40,066 bases of DNA from Chrysochromulina tobinii (taxonomy: Eukaryota): contig JWZX01003264.1 in NCBI GenBank assembly GCA_001275005.1, positions 1 through 40,066 of the forward strand. Reading direction: 5' to 3'. This document shows, piece after piece, positions 20,695 through 29,673 of this stretch. The notes beneath the pieces were generated by a model, which was not told the DNA's origin, made no database searches, and saw only the letters and a list, made by a program, of their open reading frames with translations. The position numbers were made by a program, and so were the translations under genes. Numbering within the stretch: the stretch's first letter is position 1; each line of letters opens with the position of its first letter.

Positions 20695-23600
20695 ATGGCC
20701 ACCGTGCGGGACGCGCACCTCCTCGAGGAGAGCCTCATGGAGAGCCTCCAGGTCGCCCACGTGGAGGCTCGCCAACGAGTCGTCATCCCTCCGTCTAGCT
20801 CTTCATCGCCGCGCGTCCATTCGTCGCCGCGGCTGCTGCGCCCGGGCACCGCTCCCTCCAACGGGCGCCCAGTGCCACACGTGCTACACAGCGTATCCAG
20901 CAGTCACGACGCGGCGACCGTGCAGCGTTGGACGGGCGAGCCTGGAGTAGACGACGAGAGCCTGCCCTCCGAGCGCGAGAACAAATCGTACCTCGAGACG
21001 CTCGCCGCCCGCGCCGCCGACCTGGCCAGCGAGCTGTACCGACTCAAGCTGGTAGGCGGCATGGACCTCACCGGCAAGGTGTCGTCGCCCAGGATGTATG
21101 CAGGCAGGATGGGCTCGTCGCCCAAGATTGCGCCCCACAAAAAGTCCGTCTCGGGCCGAACCGCGGCCGCTTCCGGCCGCTCGAAGAAGAGCGGCAGCGC
21201 CCGGGCGCACCAGAGTGTGGCCGCCGCTGAGCCTACCACGTGTGCGCCGGCGGAGGCGACTGCAAGGGCCGTCTCATACGAGGAGCCGAGCAATCCTTTC
21301 TTCCTCTCCGGACGGCACGTTGCTGCGGCGGACCTGCCGATTACCGGTCAGGAGCACAGCAGCACGCCGAGTGACCCTACCGGCTACGGGCAAGGGCTGG
21401 TGCATGCGATGACCCTGGAGCTCGAAGTCGAACAGGAGAAGCGCGTCGCACACCTGCAGCAGCTGGGTGTGAAGCGGCTGCGCAGCCAGGCTATCGCGCG
21501 TGCCTGGTCGGCGTGGCACAGCACGTGGTTTGAGATGACCAAGGCGCGGCAGGTGATGATTGCCACTGATTGCCTCTGATTGCCACTGAGTGCCTCTGAG
21601 TGCCTCTGACTGCCTCTGATAACATCTGAGATGACCATGGCGCGGCAGGAGGCTGCCCTCGAGGAGTCGAGATCCGAGCTCGCGAACGCGACCCATCTGT
21701 GCGAGCGCCAGCGGCTCGAGCTCGAGTCCCTGCGCGGGCGCGGTGCGGCGGTCAAGGTGGCCTCAGCGTACGCGGTGCATACCGGCACGCCTTGGAGTAA
21801 AGAGGACGAGCTGCGGTTCCATGCGCTTGCGAAGATGGGGGACGACGGCAAGTACAGCGATGGGCTGCGCGAGCTACTCGACCTCGCGGTAGTCGCCACT
21901 ACGGCGCGCGTGTCGGACGCGCTGCGTGAGGCTGCGCATGCACGCGCCGTGTCGGAGCGAGCGGATCGAGAGAGCCTCCAGGTGATGATTGCCACTGATT
22001 ACATCTGATTACATCTGATTACATCTGATTGCATCTGATTGCATCTGATTGCATCTGATTGTCTGATTGGCTCGAGAGCCTCCAGTTGATGATTTCACTG
22101 ATTGTCATCTCTCTGCTGGCCTCTCTGCTGGCCTCTCTGAGGACCACCGATGGCAACTGATGGCTTCTCTCGATCGACTCGCCGCACGCTGCCTGCGCCC
22201 AGCACCTCGAGGCCGCGTTCAACGGGAACGACCCGGCGAAGCTCGTCGCGCGCCGCGCTGCTCGTACAGACGCAACGGACCGCCTCGCGGCTGCGCGCGG
22301 TCGTGGGACGTCTCGAGCATGAGTCAAGCCTCGCGCAGTCGACCCACGTGGCCGATGTACGCAGCCTCTCCGATAGGCTCGTCGCTAGGCACGATGCCCA
22401 TCAGGCGCTACTCCTTGTGGAGCTCGAGCGTGCCGACAGCGCTTGGGCCACTTCGGTCAGCGCCCTCGAGGCACGCATCACCGACATCCGACGCTCTTGG
22501 GCGAGTGAGGTGCATGCGCGTGGCCTCGAGGGCACCCCTGCCCTGCATGCAAGTGCTCACCACGGCGCCCTCCCTTCCCCACAGGTGCATGCGCGTGACC
22601 TCGAGCTCCACCGGCTGCATGCAAGTGCTCACCACGGCGCCCTTCCCCCTTCCCCACAGGTGCATGCGCGTGACCTCGAGCTCCACCGGCGGCAGTCGCA
22701 GCTCGATGCGCTCACCACCAAGCTCGAGGAGGCCGAGGAAAGGCACACCTTTGAGAGTCGCATTGCCGCCACCGATGGGCGCACGCTCAAGGCCGAGGTC
22801 GTGCGGCTCGAGACGGCGCTCGAGGCGGCGCGTTTGGAGCACGGCAGGTTGGAGAAGGAGAAGCAGAAGTTGATCGTGCAGTGCGTGAACCAGTCGGCCG
22901 ATGCGGGCTCGGCGAGTGAGGGGCTGCAGCAGCTGCTGCGGCAGGAGCAGCAGGCGCGCGCCGAGATGCAGGAGAGGGCGACGGGCTGCTTGCGATCGAG
23001 AAGGAGCAGCGGCGCGCGCGTGAGATCGAGCTGCAGCACGAGATCGCGAGGGAGCGCAAGGCGAGCGAGGTGCGCGAGGCTCTGATTGCCTTGATTGCAT
23101 CTGATTAGCCAGGATTGCATCTGATTAGCCATGATTGCGGGCCAGATGCTCAAGGCTGTTGACACCCGATGACTTGATTGCATCTGATGAGCCATGATTG
23201 CGTCCTTGCTTAGGTGCGCGAGGCCGCGATGCTCAAGGCGTACACGGCGCTGCAGGAGGACAAGGCAGCGATGGAACTGACTCTCCACACGAGGCTCAAG
23301 CGCCTCGAGACAGTCCACGAGCAAGAGAAGGCTGTGCTGCGCGCGCGCGTCGACAGACTCTCGAGGCTGCAGGAGGAGGCCATCAATGCGGGCGGCGCGC
23401 AGAAGACGCGTGCGCTGCTCTGGCACGCGGCGCTCAAGTCGAAGACGCAAGCCGAGGATAGCATCTCGTGGCGCGGCGAGAACAGCCCAGCCCTCAATGA
23501 GGCACCCCGGTGGAAGGCGCAGCAGTGGGCGGAGCAGCAGTGGGCGGAGAGTGCCTCCGGCACTGCACCACATCTCGCCTCTTCCTCGACTTCGTACGAC

Positions 23601-23738
23601 CCCGAGGATGCTCCGGCGGCAGCAGCAGCAGCGGCAGCAGCAGCAGCAGCGGTCATGCTGCCGGGGAGGCGCAGCGAGGTGTCGGGCGTTAACGCGGGAG
23701 ACTCAGGACGTCAGGAGCGAGGTGTCGGGAGATTGTAG
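20695..23738 (+). CDS. Long coiled-coil protein; exons approx 20695..21552, 21649..21981, 22270..22509, 22660..23069, 23214..23738, with an apparent 1-nt frameshift near 22975
   Basis: Consecutive ORFs with Glu/Arg/Ala heptads and a RSQAIARAWSAW motif are joined by four phase-0 GT-AG introns; the acceptor at 22269 was chosen because it restores frame. Confidence 0.65.
21553..21648 (+). other. Intron (cassette B supplies the donor; 22-nt upstream-exon copy supplies the acceptor)
   Basis: tgagatgaccaaggcgcggcag|gtgatgattgccactgattgcctc...acatc-tgagatgaccatggcgcggcag|gag. Confidence 0.88.
21982..22269 (+). other. Intron beginning gtgatgattgccactgatt with TGATTRCATC array and an internal upstream-exon copy
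   Basis: Same first 19 nt as intron 21553; gagagcctccag repeated at 22074-22085; 3' end inferred from frame. Confidence 0.65.
22510..22659 (+). other. Intron of two 75-nt units (downstream-exon copy + cassette A)
   Basis: gag|gtgcatgcgcgtg...tgcatgcaagtgctcaccacggcgccct...ccccacag twice; stop-free and 3n. Confidence 0.82.
23070..23213 (+). other. Intron (11-nt exon copy + cassette-B arrays)
   Basis: gag|gtgcgcgaggc-tctgattgccttgattgcatctgatt...cttgcttag|gtgcgcgaggc; internal gatgctcaaggc also copies the downstream exon. Confidence 0.85.
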
Positions 23739-24452
23739 CGAGGTGTCGGGAGACTCAGGACGTCAGGAGGAGGAGCGTTGGAGAGCTTTTGGAGAGCGTT
23801 CCAACGAGAGGTAAGAGACCTTAATTAGACTTTAGAGACTAAGAGCGCGTCCAAACACCAAAGGTCCAATGGGAGGTTCCAGTGGAGGTGGAGCGGACGC
23901 CGCGGAGAAATCGCCGCTAGCCAAAGTACGCCGCCGATTCTCGATAGCCATTATACTTAGCGAAGAGACGCGCCGGATCGGATCACAATCGTCTCAGTAC
24001 ACAGATAGACGTCAGAGTCGGGGTCGAAGACGGTTACAGTTAGACGACTAAGAGAGCGTGCCGACGCGCCGCGCTCGAGCGACCCCCCGGTACGCGGGAG
24101 GCGCGCGACCGGCCGCCGACACCCGGGCGCGTTCGTTGTTTCGTTTTTCGTACGCGCCGGCGTCGACCGTCGTGTTAGTACGATACTAATGCGTGGACGC
24201 GGAATGCGTAAAGCGGCGCGCCGACTGCCAATGACGTCAAGTATAATTATAAGTCAAGTAGATAGTAGTTGAGCATCCAAGCAGCAGCGGTTTACACCAG
24301 GTACTAGCTGACAAGTAGCTGTGGTACCACGGCGACGCCTGTCACAGCCGGGGTAGACACGTCTCGAGACTCTCTGCTGTCCCGGTCGGCTAAACTAAGG
24401 GCTACGCTCTAGTCAGGCTATACGCGGGCAACACGATCCTAGTACCCCTGAA

Positions 24453-25643
24453 TCACAGAATTGAACCACGTGCAACGAGGTGCTCGAGCAGTCGATAGAT
24501 GCCGGCCTCTTTGAAAAGATGTCGTGGTTCGAAGCGCTCTCGGAAGACCTCGTGCGCTCGGCGCGCCTCTGCTCGCCATTCGTCCTCCGAGTGGCACAAG
24601 CGGTCGAACGCTGTGGGGATGGCCTCCTGCGGCATGAAGCGGACGGTGCCATTGAACTCGGCCTCGTCAAAGGGGTGGCAACGCTCCGAGAGGACAATGC
24701 GGCCGCCGGGCATCGAAAGGATGCGTGGCACTCGGAATGTCACTGGCGAGCGGCCGGCCGCCTCGCATCCCTTGTGCAAGTTCAGGTAGAAGTGGTCGGT
24801 ACGCAAGATCTCGGCGAGGGGCTCGTCTTCCCACGCATCGTAGGTCTGCACGAGTCGATCGTGGAGCACAGCACGCAACTTATCGAAGCAGAGAGTACGG
24901 GCCTGGCCGGGCTGCAGCCGGTCCCTCTGATCAATGGCTCCAAGAAAACGGAGGCGCGCGCATGCACTGCCGGTACCGACGGCAAGGCGGGTGGTGTGAA
25001 CGGCCGTTGGGGCTGGTCCGGGAGGTGGTGGCAGGTAGCCAGGTGGGATGAAGCGCAGGGTCAGCATGGGGGAATCTCGTTGGACACCTCCGATGCATTC
25101 GAACGTTGCATGCCGCGTGCCGTTGAAAGGCAGTGGAAAGCGCTGCTGGCAAGAAGTCATACAGCCTTCGAGGCCAGCCCATCCAAAGTCCCACACCTCA
25201 TCCACAAGCTTCGTGCGGTAAGGACACCACCTTCTCGGTTCGGTGGAATAGAGCACCGTGCGCACGCCTCTTGCGCGAAGTCGACGGAAGGGCATGTTGG
25301 GTCGCGTTGCCAAAGTGAAGGGGCCAACCCAGATGAACAGATCGCCACTCCGCAGCTCAGATAGCTCATGACTGAGCCGCATCGAACGGCCAACGCCAGC
25401 CCGTATCTGCCACCCCAAAGCATTGCGAAATCCTGCGACGAGTGTCGCCACGACCGGGTACAGCATGAAGGAAAGGTGGCCATCCATCCTCTCATCATGC
25501 CAGATCAGGACGCGATGAGTACCGATGTGGCTCACGTTGCTGGTGTTCAGCCCCAAGTGGGTGTTCAACCACCGATCGCGAGCTGCGCCTGCCTTTAGCT
25601 CTGCACGAGAGATGCTGTCTGATGGCTTGAAGGCCCCTTCCAT
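24453..25643 (-). CDS. Hypothetical protein, possibly glycosyltransferase (GT-B)-like
   Basis: Long ORF with VLYSTEP...VDEVWDF and YLNLHK...TFRVPRILS...VLSE segments reminiscent of GT-B C-termini; start uncertain. Confidence 0.55.
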   Translation of the reverse strand: MEGAFKPSDSISRAELKAGAARDRWLNTHLGLNTSNVSHIGTHRVLIWHDERMDGHLSFMLYPVVATLVAGFRNALGWQIRAGVGRSMRLSHELSELRSGDLFIWVGPFTLATRPNMPFRRLRARGVRTVLYSTEPRRWCPYRTKLVDEVWDFGWAGLEGCMTSCQQRFPLPFNGTRHATFECIGGVQRDSPMLTLRFIPPGYLPPPPGPAPTAVHTTRLAVGTGSACARLRFLGAIDQRDRLQPGQARTLCFDKLRAVLHDRLVQTYDAWEDEPLAEILRTDHFYLNLHKGCEAAGRSPVTFRVPRILSMPGGRIVLSERCHPFDEAEFNGTVRFMPQEAIPTAFDRLCHSEDEWRAEARRAHEVFRERFEPRHLFKEAGIYRLLEHLVARGSIL

Positions 25644-25755
25644 GAAAGGCGCCAACACCGTGAATAGTTCACGTGAATATGCCAACTGCAAGCAATTCTG
25701 GTGGACCACATTCAATTTTTGGATTATTGGTGGTATACATGTGACAGTTGAATGC

Positions 25756-25789
25756 GACTTGACTTGACTTGACTTGACTTGACTTGACT
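25756..25789. repeat. (GACTT)n microsatellite
   Basis: gacttgacttgacttgacttgacttgacttgact between two divergent genes. Confidence 0.95.
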
Positions 25790-25867
25790 GCCGACCCACA
25801 TGAACTCGCAAGAAATGCAATCACGCATCACTCGGCCGTGCCCCTCGTTCTGGAGCTCATCCGGGAA

Positions 25868-26947
25868 ATGATGGACCACGCTGAGCTCCAGAAGCTCCTG
25901 GTCAGTGGTGACGTGGACGCTCTGCGCCGTTTGCTCAAGCGAGAATCGTATGAAGAAGCAGCCACGGTTGCTGCTCCGCCGTCCTCGAATCAGCTGCTGC
26001 TGCAGTCGGCTGACCGCCTGCTCCAGCCATCCACACTCTTCGCTTCCCGGCCATCGGTGCGGCTTCCCATCGGCGCGTTCGAGGTTCTGATTTGCAACCA
26101 TCGTTCGATGAGCAAGCTGCTCTGGCCCGCCGGTCAGGCCATCGCAGAGATGCTTTCCGGTGTGGCACCCGCGGCCGCTGCGTCCTCGCTCGCCGTCTTG
26201 GAAATTGGTGCGGGAGCGGGCGTGCCCGCGCTCATCGCCGCACAAGTCGGAGCACGAGTGGCCATCGCCACCGACTTCACCGAGGAATCTGTCGAGCTGC
26301 TCCGCTACAATGACGGCCTCAACGGTCAGAGACTCACGGGCTGTTCGCGGCTCGATGTGGGCGAGCCCTCTTGCATGCTGGAGTGCGTACGGCAGCACGG
26401 ACTCGCCGAAGCGGACCCGGTGCTCATCGTCGCGTGCGAGTGCTCTTACGACCCGACGACGGTGACCAAGCTCTTTGCCTCGGCAGGTCAGTTGCTCTTG
26501 CGACCGGGAGCGGCCAGCCCTCTGATCTGCTTCGCGCGCTCAGACGTCTTTGCTCATCTCGACGAGCACACCTTCGCGGCGGCGCACGCCGGTGGCTTCG
26601 CACTGTGCCGGCGCGAGCACCGCCGCGCCGCCGGGGTGCTCGACGCCACGCTGTCGTATCTGACCCCCTGTGCCGAGGATGCTGTGGAATGCTTCTTTTT
26701 TGTTCGAGAGGCGGACGCGGCACTGCCGCATCCGATACTCGACCTGCTCCCAAGGTCACACGCGCCGCAGGCTGACGCCGCGGCTGCGCCCGCTGCCGCG
26801 GCCACCGCCTCCGAGCTCGCGAGTGCATGGGCTCTCCCTACTTTTTCTTACACTTGGGCACTCCCTAATTTGGAACACCGAGCACACCCCGTCGAGGAGC
26901 GGCGTCTCCACTTCGATCCGCCAACCCCAGTCGTTCCACAAGAATAG
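25868..26947 (+). CDS. SAM-dependent methyltransferase, family 16 (METTL21/FAM86-like protein methyltransferase)
   Basis: LLWPAGQAIAEML, VLEIGAGAGVPAL (motif I), IATDF, IVACECSY (variant of DxxY). Confidence 0.8.
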   Translation: MMDHAELQKLLVSGDVDALRRLLKRESYEEAATVAAPPSSNQLLLQSADRLLQPSTLFASRPSVRLPIGAFEVLICNHRSMSKLLWPAGQAIAEMLSGVAPAAAASSLAVLEIGAGAGVPALIAAQVGARVAIATDFTEESVELLRYNDGLNGQRLTGCSRLDVGEPSCMLECVRQHGLAEADPVLIVACECSYDPTTVTKLFASAGQLLLRPGAASPLICFARSDVFAHLDEHTFAAAHAGGFALCRREHRRAAGVLDATLSYLTPCAEDAVECFFFVREADAALPHPILDLLPRSHAPQADAAAAPAAAATASELASAWALPTFSYTWALPNLEHRAHPVEERRLHFDPPTPVVPQE

Positions 26948-27090
26948 CTGTTGACCGTGAAGGGAGGTTTGGGGGTGTGCTGTGCGACAAGTCTCATGAG
27001 TTCACCAAAAACGCTCACGAACCGAGAGTGAATCTGGGGGGGGGACCGAATCTCCGAGAAAACGCTCGACACCGTGGAGGTCATCAAATA

Positions 27091-27870
27091 ATGTTGACCA
27101 TCTGCGCTATTGTAGCCCTTGGCTACCAGCTGCCGTCCCATGCGAGCTATTCTGCGCCAACGCGCGCCGCCTCTGCAAAGATGATGGGTGGATCACCGCT
27201 CGCCGCGAGCCTCGACAAATCCAAGTCGGTGCTTGTCCAGGGCAACACACTCAAAACTTGGGATGTAGGAGAGGAGACTGTGGAGCGTGTTCAGCTCCAG
27301 ATCACGTCGGGCGGTCGCCCCGTGCACAGCCGCGTGGAGCTATGGTACACGCCCGCGTACGTTCCATCCAAGATTTCAGTATATACCGAGGACGGCAAGT
27401 ACCGCCCAGTTGACATCATCATCGAGACGCCCAAGTCGCCCAAGACTGTGGCGGTCTACAACACTGGCTCGCTCGATTTCCCCTTCACCGCCACCGTTGC
27501 CCACACCGGCATGGACAAGGCCTACTATTCGCTGAAAGACATCACGCCCGAACACGTTCAGGGTGGCCGAATCACGTCCTACACCTTCGGGCCTGAGGTC
27601 GAAGCCGTTCAAATCCTGTTGACGAGCAAGGTGAACAACCTGAAGGCCAAGATCGAGCTTACGCAGGGACCCAACCAGGTGAAGCAGATTGTTGAGATCT
27701 ACTCATCCACCTACAAGAACCCGCTCTACCTCGTCATGCAGACGCCAGGTGCAAACAACGCCATTCGTGTCATCAACGAACACACCGTCGAGTTCCCGTT
27801 CGATGCTTGGGTGCTACCGTACAAGACCGCCGGCACGGATGCCTCCGCACCGGTGATGGGTGGGTTCTAG
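27091..27870 (+). CDS. Signal/transit-peptide protein with two tandem beta-rich domains, function unknown
   Basis: MLTICAIVALG-YQL presequence; internal repeat VQGNTLKTW...VQ...VELW...ETP...YN...FPF versus VQGGRITSY...VQ...IELT...QTP...IN...FPF; strongly biased codons. Confidence 0.75.
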   Translation: MLTICAIVALGYQLPSHASYSAPTRAASAKMMGGSPLAASLDKSKSVLVQGNTLKTWDVGEETVERVQLQITSGGRPVHSRVELWYTPAYVPSKISVYTEDGKYRPVDIIIETPKSPKTVAVYNTGSLDFPFTATVAHTGMDKAYYSLKDITPEHVQGGRITSYTFGPEVEAVQILLTSKVNNLKAKIELTQGPNQVKQIVEIYSSTYKNPLYLVMQTPGANNAIRVINEHTVEFPFDAWVLPYKTAGTDASAPVMGGF

Positions 27871-28509
27871 CTCTGTGCACCTCGCGCATGTGCATGCACT
27901 ATGCGTCTCTCGGATGTCGCGTTGTACTGCTCCGACCTCTTCCCCTCCGCGCCCCCACGCTGTGGTCTGTCCAGTGGTTCGCCGGGCCGCTCGCTCCGGT
28001 GGGCGACTGTGGCGATCATGCCAACTTGAGCTCGCACCGTTCGAGGTCTAACAAGGGCGTGGAGCGGCATATAATGTGGTAACGTTCGGTGGCGAGTACA
28101 CAGTCTGTGTTCGGCGTAATTCGAACACTCAATCTTACTGCTTGTGCTTCATTCGACTTGTTCGGGCGTACCGGCGGCTCCACGGACCACACCGACGCCG
28201 CGAGCGTGCCCGGGAGCCGCCTGCGTGCGCGATCGTCCGCCGCGTGGCTGCCCCGGTGCGCGTTAACGTGCGGTCTGAAAGACTGAAACTCGTCGAGGAG
28301 GACCGAGGAGGACGTCGCACCTTAGCGCTTCCGACATGTCCAGTTCGAGCGGTGACCCTGACCGGTGTCCGGTGACGATACGAAACTGGGAAACTGAGTT
28401 ACTTTGAAACTCGACGACGTCTGACTACAGTCGCCGACCGTAAAGTATAACGCTTTCTATAGGGCTCTGGTCTGTACGCCCCGCGGGACACCTCTCCGCA
28501 TGGGCTATT

Positions 28510-29340
28510 TCAGTCCTCATCAGACAAGCTCTGACTACTGGCGCTGCTGCCATCCTCTTTCTCACCTTCGTACTCAAGGTCCTGTCGGAGCTTGCGTACG
28601 GTGGCCATGAGCGAGGTGTCGCGTGAAATTGCCTCATGCACCCAGGCAGGCGCAGCGAGGTTGAGCACTCTTTTTCGCAGACCAGCGACAGCGCGAGCAC
28701 CCACGGAGGCCACGTCCTTGTCGGGCAGATCAAGGAACTTGGAAAGCTGCCGCCACGCTTGCTTCTGCGGCCCGACCAGGTCCTCGAGCCGCAGCTGCAG
28801 CGAGCGTGTGCGCTGGCGTTTCGCGTGCATGTACAATCCCGGAAGCCTGTCCATGCGCAGGCGGCTGCAGAGCGTTGCCATCGTGACGTTCGGTCCATCA
28901 TGGGCAGACGTCATCGGCCACTGCGCCACGCACGCCTGCATCGGATCCCAAAGCACATGCACGAGCTGCACATCGGCGGCGTGCTCACGTAGGCTGTCGA
29001 ACGTCCGTTGCAACGCACCCGCTTCACGTTCGAGCCATACCAAGCGAGTCCTACGCTTTCGCTGAATGGATGCAAGCGACTTGAGATCGTGTATCGAGCC
29101 GCCCAGTGGTGTTTCGCAGAGCAGCTGTGTGCGCGCCCGCTGACACAGATCGCCAAAAACTTTAGAGAGCAGCTCGGAACCCAGACCAAAGTGCGAACCG
29201 ATGAGAAGCACCGATCGCGTTGCTGCCTTGCGGCTGCGACTGCGGAAGATAGAGCGACTCGAAGAGCCCACGAAGATGTCGTCCGCACCGACGCACAGCA
29301 CCACGAAAAGGCCGATGATGCTCATCGTGAAGGAAAGCAT
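28510..29340 (-). CDS. Secreted/anchored sulfotransferase-fold-like protein (degenerate motifs)
   Basis: N-terminal hydrophobic stretch; LLIGSHFGLGSELL, VHVLWDP and LRLEDL fall where HKTGT, VRDP and RYEDL lie in P-loop sulfotransferases. Confidence 0.5.
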   Translation of the reverse strand: MLSFTMSIIGLFVVLCVGADDIFVGSSSRSIFRSRSRKAATRSVLLIGSHFGLGSELLSKVFGDLCQRARTQLLCETPLGGSIHDLKSLASIQRKRRTRLVWLEREAGALQRTFDSLREHAADVQLVHVLWDPMQACVAQWPMTSAHDGPNVTMATLCSRLRMDRLPGLYMHAKRQRTRSLQLRLEDLVGPQKQAWRQLSKFLDLPDKDVASVGARAVAGLRKRVLNLAAPAWVHEAISRDTSLMATVRKLRQDLEYEGEKEDGSSASSQSLSDED

Positions 29341-29673
29341 ACATGAGCATACGTGTGAATTGATACACGTGTGAATTGTCTTTACGGATTTGGTATGGTA
29401 GGGCATGCAGGACTAGGTGTTGAGGAGTAGAGGAGGGGTGTGGGCCTCCATTGGGATAGATTTGGGGTTCGTTGAGGTTCCGGGTAGTCGTCGATGGAAA
29501 GAGTGTGTGATTTGAGGTCGTCTGTTCGTATCATCAGCCTGGACACTGGACCACAGCTGTTAAAAGTAAATTGAAGCGCAATAATTCAGTGGTCAATTCT
29601 CAATTTTCTTGCTACGTCGGCACGACGAAACTTTGTCGCTCAGATCAGCCGTCTCGCATTATACGCCCGCGTG

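Noticed and set aside
21553..21572. GTGATGA...CTGA resembling snoRNA box C and D
   Set aside because: Explained by the donor plus decamer repeat; no guide region or terminal stem
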